Notes under the pieces: model-generated
Database searches by the model: none
Told to the model about the DNA's origin: nothing
Seen by the model: only the letters and a program-made list of their open reading frames with translations
Translations under genes and position numbers: made by a program
Part shown: in pieces, positions 31,263 to 33,389 of the stretch
Position numbering within the stretch: position 1 is the first letter of the stretch
How the letters are laid out: every line of letters begins with the position of its first letter
DNA from: Elusimicrobiaceae bacterium
GTDB lineage: Bacteria > Elusimicrobiota > Elusimicrobia > Elusimicrobiales > Elusimicrobiaceae
Direction: 5' to 3'
DNA: 33,389 bases
NCBI GenBank assembly: GCA_041667045.1
Contig: JBAYFS010000001.1
Coordinates: forward strand, 1-33,389

Positions 31263-31293
31263 GGCGCGGACGGTTCCCCCGTCCGCGCCTTTT
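31263..31293 (+). terminator. Intrinsic terminator after the FKBP gene
   Basis: GGCGCGGACGG-ttccc-CCGTCCGCGCC, a perfect 11-bp stem, followed by TTTT. Confidence 0.8.
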
Positions 31294-31311
31294 CCATTTT
31301 CAGGAGAGCAT

Positions 31312-33389
31312 ATGAAACGCCTGGTCCGGATTATGATAGCCGCAGCGCTAGCTTTCGGCTGGCACGCTGACGCAAAAACGCTGAAAGTGCATTACAACCG
31401 CTTCAGCGGAAACTATGACAACTGGAACCTCTGGACCTGGAACGCGACCGATTCCGCGGACGGAACGGACGTGGCGTCATCAGGACGCGACGATTTCGGC
31501 CTCGTCTTCGAGATTGACACGGACAAACTTCAGCTCTCCGACAAAAAAATCGGCATGCTACCCAGGCTCGGCAAATGGGTGGACAAGGACGCGCCGGACC
31601 GCTTTTACGAACCCACCATGCCGAAAGAAGTATATATTTTCGAAGGAGACCCAGGAGTGTATACGAATCCGCCAGAAGTGGTGCCGGAAATCAAAGCCGC
31701 ATATTTAGACGGCGAAAATAAAATACGCGTAGTGCTTAACAGCACCCTCGCCTGGAACTATTTCACCAAACACCCGATTTCCGTTACATTCGCCAACACT
31801 CCCGTGAAAGTTTCCGGATTTGAATTCCTGCCAAAAAAAGAAAACGGCAGGGTCATAGTGCTTACGCTGGACAAAAAACTGTCCGGCGACATTTTGGGCG
31901 AAGTGAACGCGGGCAACTGCGCCGTGGCAATAGAAGGCCTCGGTAAACGCAGTATTTACCCCGGCAGGATACTGGACTCGGAATATTTCTACGCCGATAA
32001 GGAACTGGGCGCTTTCGAAGAAAACGACACCTGGATCGTTAGGGTTTTTTCGCCCGCCTCAACCGCCGTGGCCCTGCTGCTTGCCGACAAAACCTCGTCC
32101 TCCGCCGTGCGCGAACTGCCCATGGCAAACACCGGCAACGGTTTGTGGGAAGCGCATGTAAATGAAAACATCGCGGGCCAGTATTACAAAATAAAAACGA
32201 CCCGCAACGGACGCACCGTGGAAGGCATAGACCCCTATTCGCGCGCCAACACCGGCCATGACGGCTGGGGCATTATTTTTAAAGACACCACGCCCGTGTC
32301 GGACGCTCCGGTTTTCGACAATTCCCAAGATATCATCTACGAAATTCATCTGCGGGACATGACTATCGACGAATTCTCCGGAGTCAAACACAAAGGAAAG
32401 TATCTGGGCCTTGCCGAAACCGGAACAAAAAATCCGCAATTCCCAGAGATAGCGACAGGACTCGCGCATTTAAAGGAACTGGGCGTAAACACCGTGCATA
32501 TCATGCCCGTGCAGGATTTTGAAAACGACGAAAGCTCCAGCACCTACGGCTGGGGCTATATGCCGGTCCACTTCAATTCCCCGGACGGCTGGTACGCCTC
32601 GAAAACGGAAGACGCCAGCCGCGTCGCAGAACTTAAAACGCTCATTGACACCCTGCACAAGAACGGCATGAAAGTTGTAATGGACGTGGTTTACAACCAC
32701 ACGGCAGAAGGCGGGCCGAACGTGACCTTCGGGTTTAACGCGCTTGCCGAAAATTATTATTACAGAACGAAAGACGACGGCTCCTACTGGAATGGCTCCG
32801 GTTGCGGCAATGAGTTCCGCAGCGAATCCAAAATGGGCCGCAAGTTCATCGTGGACAGCCTGAAATACTGGGTAAAGGAATACAAGGTGGACGGCTTCCG
32901 CTTTGATTTAATGGGGCTTATAGACATTGATACCGTCGAACAGGCTATAGCGGAACTGAAAAAAACCAATCCCGATATCTTCATATACGGCGAACCCTGG
33001 ACTGCAGGCGAAACACCCATTGAAAAAATCACCAAGGGCAGCCAGCGCGGGAAAAACTTTTCCGTTTTCAACGACGATTTCCGCAACGCCGTCAAAGGCA
33101 GCGTTTTCGATCTTAAGCCGGGTTATGTGCAGGCCGGGCTTTACCGGAAAGAGGTAGTGTCCGGAATAAGAGGAAGCATTGACGCATTCGCGGCCTCGCC
33201 TCTGGAAAGCATCAATTACGTCAGCTGCCACGACAACCACACCCTGTTCGACCGCATTGACCGGACCGAGGATATGAAAGCCACGCCCGAAGAGAAAACG
33301 AAAATGACCATGCTGGCAAACGGGATAATCCTGACCTCGCAGGGAATTCCCTTCCTGCATGCCGGAGAAGAATTCCTGCGCACGAAAAA
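31312..33389 (+). CDS. pulA: Type I pullulanase (GH13), 5' partial; runs off the window
   Basis: This ORF is not in the track because it has no stop in the window. I hand-translated frame 1 from ATG 31312 (RBS CAGGAGAG). Signal peptide is MKRLVRIMIAAALAFGWHADA. GH13 regions are YEIHLRDMT, VVMDVVYNHT, DGFRFDLMG, IYGEPW, YVSCHDNHTLFD and GIPFLHAGEEFLRTK. Confidence 0.9.
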   Translation, partial: MKRLVRIMIAAALAFGWHADAKTLKVHYNRFSGNYDNWNLWTWNATDSADGTDVASSGRDDFGLVFEIDTDKLQLSDKKIGMLPRLGKWVDKDAPDRFYEPTMPKEVYIFEGDPGVYTNPPEVVPEIKAAYLDGENKIRVVLNSTLAWNYFTKHPISVTFANTPVKVSGFEFLPKKENGRVIVLTLDKKLSGDILGEVNAGNCAVAIEGLGKRSIYPGRILDSEYFYADKELGAFEENDTWIVRVFSPASTAVALLLADKTSSSAVRELPMANTGNGLWEAHVNENIAGQYYKIKTTRNGRTVEGIDPYSRANTGHDGWGIIFKDTTPVSDAPVFDNSQDIIYEIHLRDMTIDEFSGVKHKGKYLGLAETGTKNPQFPEIATGLAHLKELGVNTVHIMPVQDFENDESSSTYGWGYMPVHFNSPDGWYASKTEDASRVAELKTLIDTLHKNGMKVVMDVVYNHTAEGGPNVTFGFNALAENYYYRTKDDGSYWNGSGCGNEFRSESKMGRKFIVDSLKYWVKEYKVDGFRFDLMGLIDIDTVEQAIAELKKTNPDIFIYGEPWTAGETPIEKITKGSQRGKNFSVFNDDFRNAVKGSVFDLKPGYVQAGLYRKEVVSGIRGSIDAFAASPLESINYVSCHDNHTLFDRIDRTEDMKATPEEKTKMTMLANGIILTSQGIPFLHAGEEFLRTK

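Noticed and set aside
31415-31708. Track ORF of 97 aa (MTTGTSGPGTRPIPRTERTW...).
   Set aside because: It is out of frame within the pullulanase gene. Frame 1 from ATG 31312 is open to the window end and carries all the GH13 motifs.

Overview
No database or structure searches were run. Functional calls rest on motifs visible in the supplied translations and on remembered family signatures. Hairpins, repeats and promoter hexamers were read by eye, so coordinates may be off by 1-2 nt.

Layout of the window:
- 1 to about 21.3 kb: the late-gene arm of a siphovirus-type prophage, all on the + strand. It carries terS/terL, a portal-MuF fusion, a ClpP-type protease/Mu-I/scaffold polyprotein and a Mu gpT-like major capsid. 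Then come neck genes, a major tail protein and a G/GT tail chaperone with an A9 -1 frameshift site. The arm ends with a 744-aa tape measure, lectin-like distal tail proteins, a glycine-rich protein, a collar-domain tail fibre and a lysis cassette.
- About 21.3-21.8 kb: an AT-rich, convergently transcribed small cargo gene.
- 21.8-22.3 kb: two tRNA-Leu genes separated by a repeat- and hairpin-rich spacer.
- 22.4 kb onward: host chromosome of a diderm bacterium. It carries alaS, a prepilin-type pilin-like gene and a YegS/DagK-type lipid kinase. These are followed by a compact operon of four lipoproteins (LPP20, LpoB-like, TPR-like, LPP20-like) plus a periplasmic FKBP isomerase, and the 5' part of a type I pullulanase.

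No integrase, repressor, CRISPR array, reverse transcriptase or recognisable defence enzyme is present.

Observations most worth follow-up:
- A consensus promoter followed directly by an intrinsic terminator in front of the late operon.
- Sec-type leaders on two paralogous fibre-like virion proteins.
- An unusual lysis cassette with a beta-barrel-like exported protein where a spanin is expected.
- The AT-rich Cys-rich cargo gene.
- The 38-bp direct repeats between the tRNAs.
- The uncharacterised four-lipoprotein + FKBP operon.
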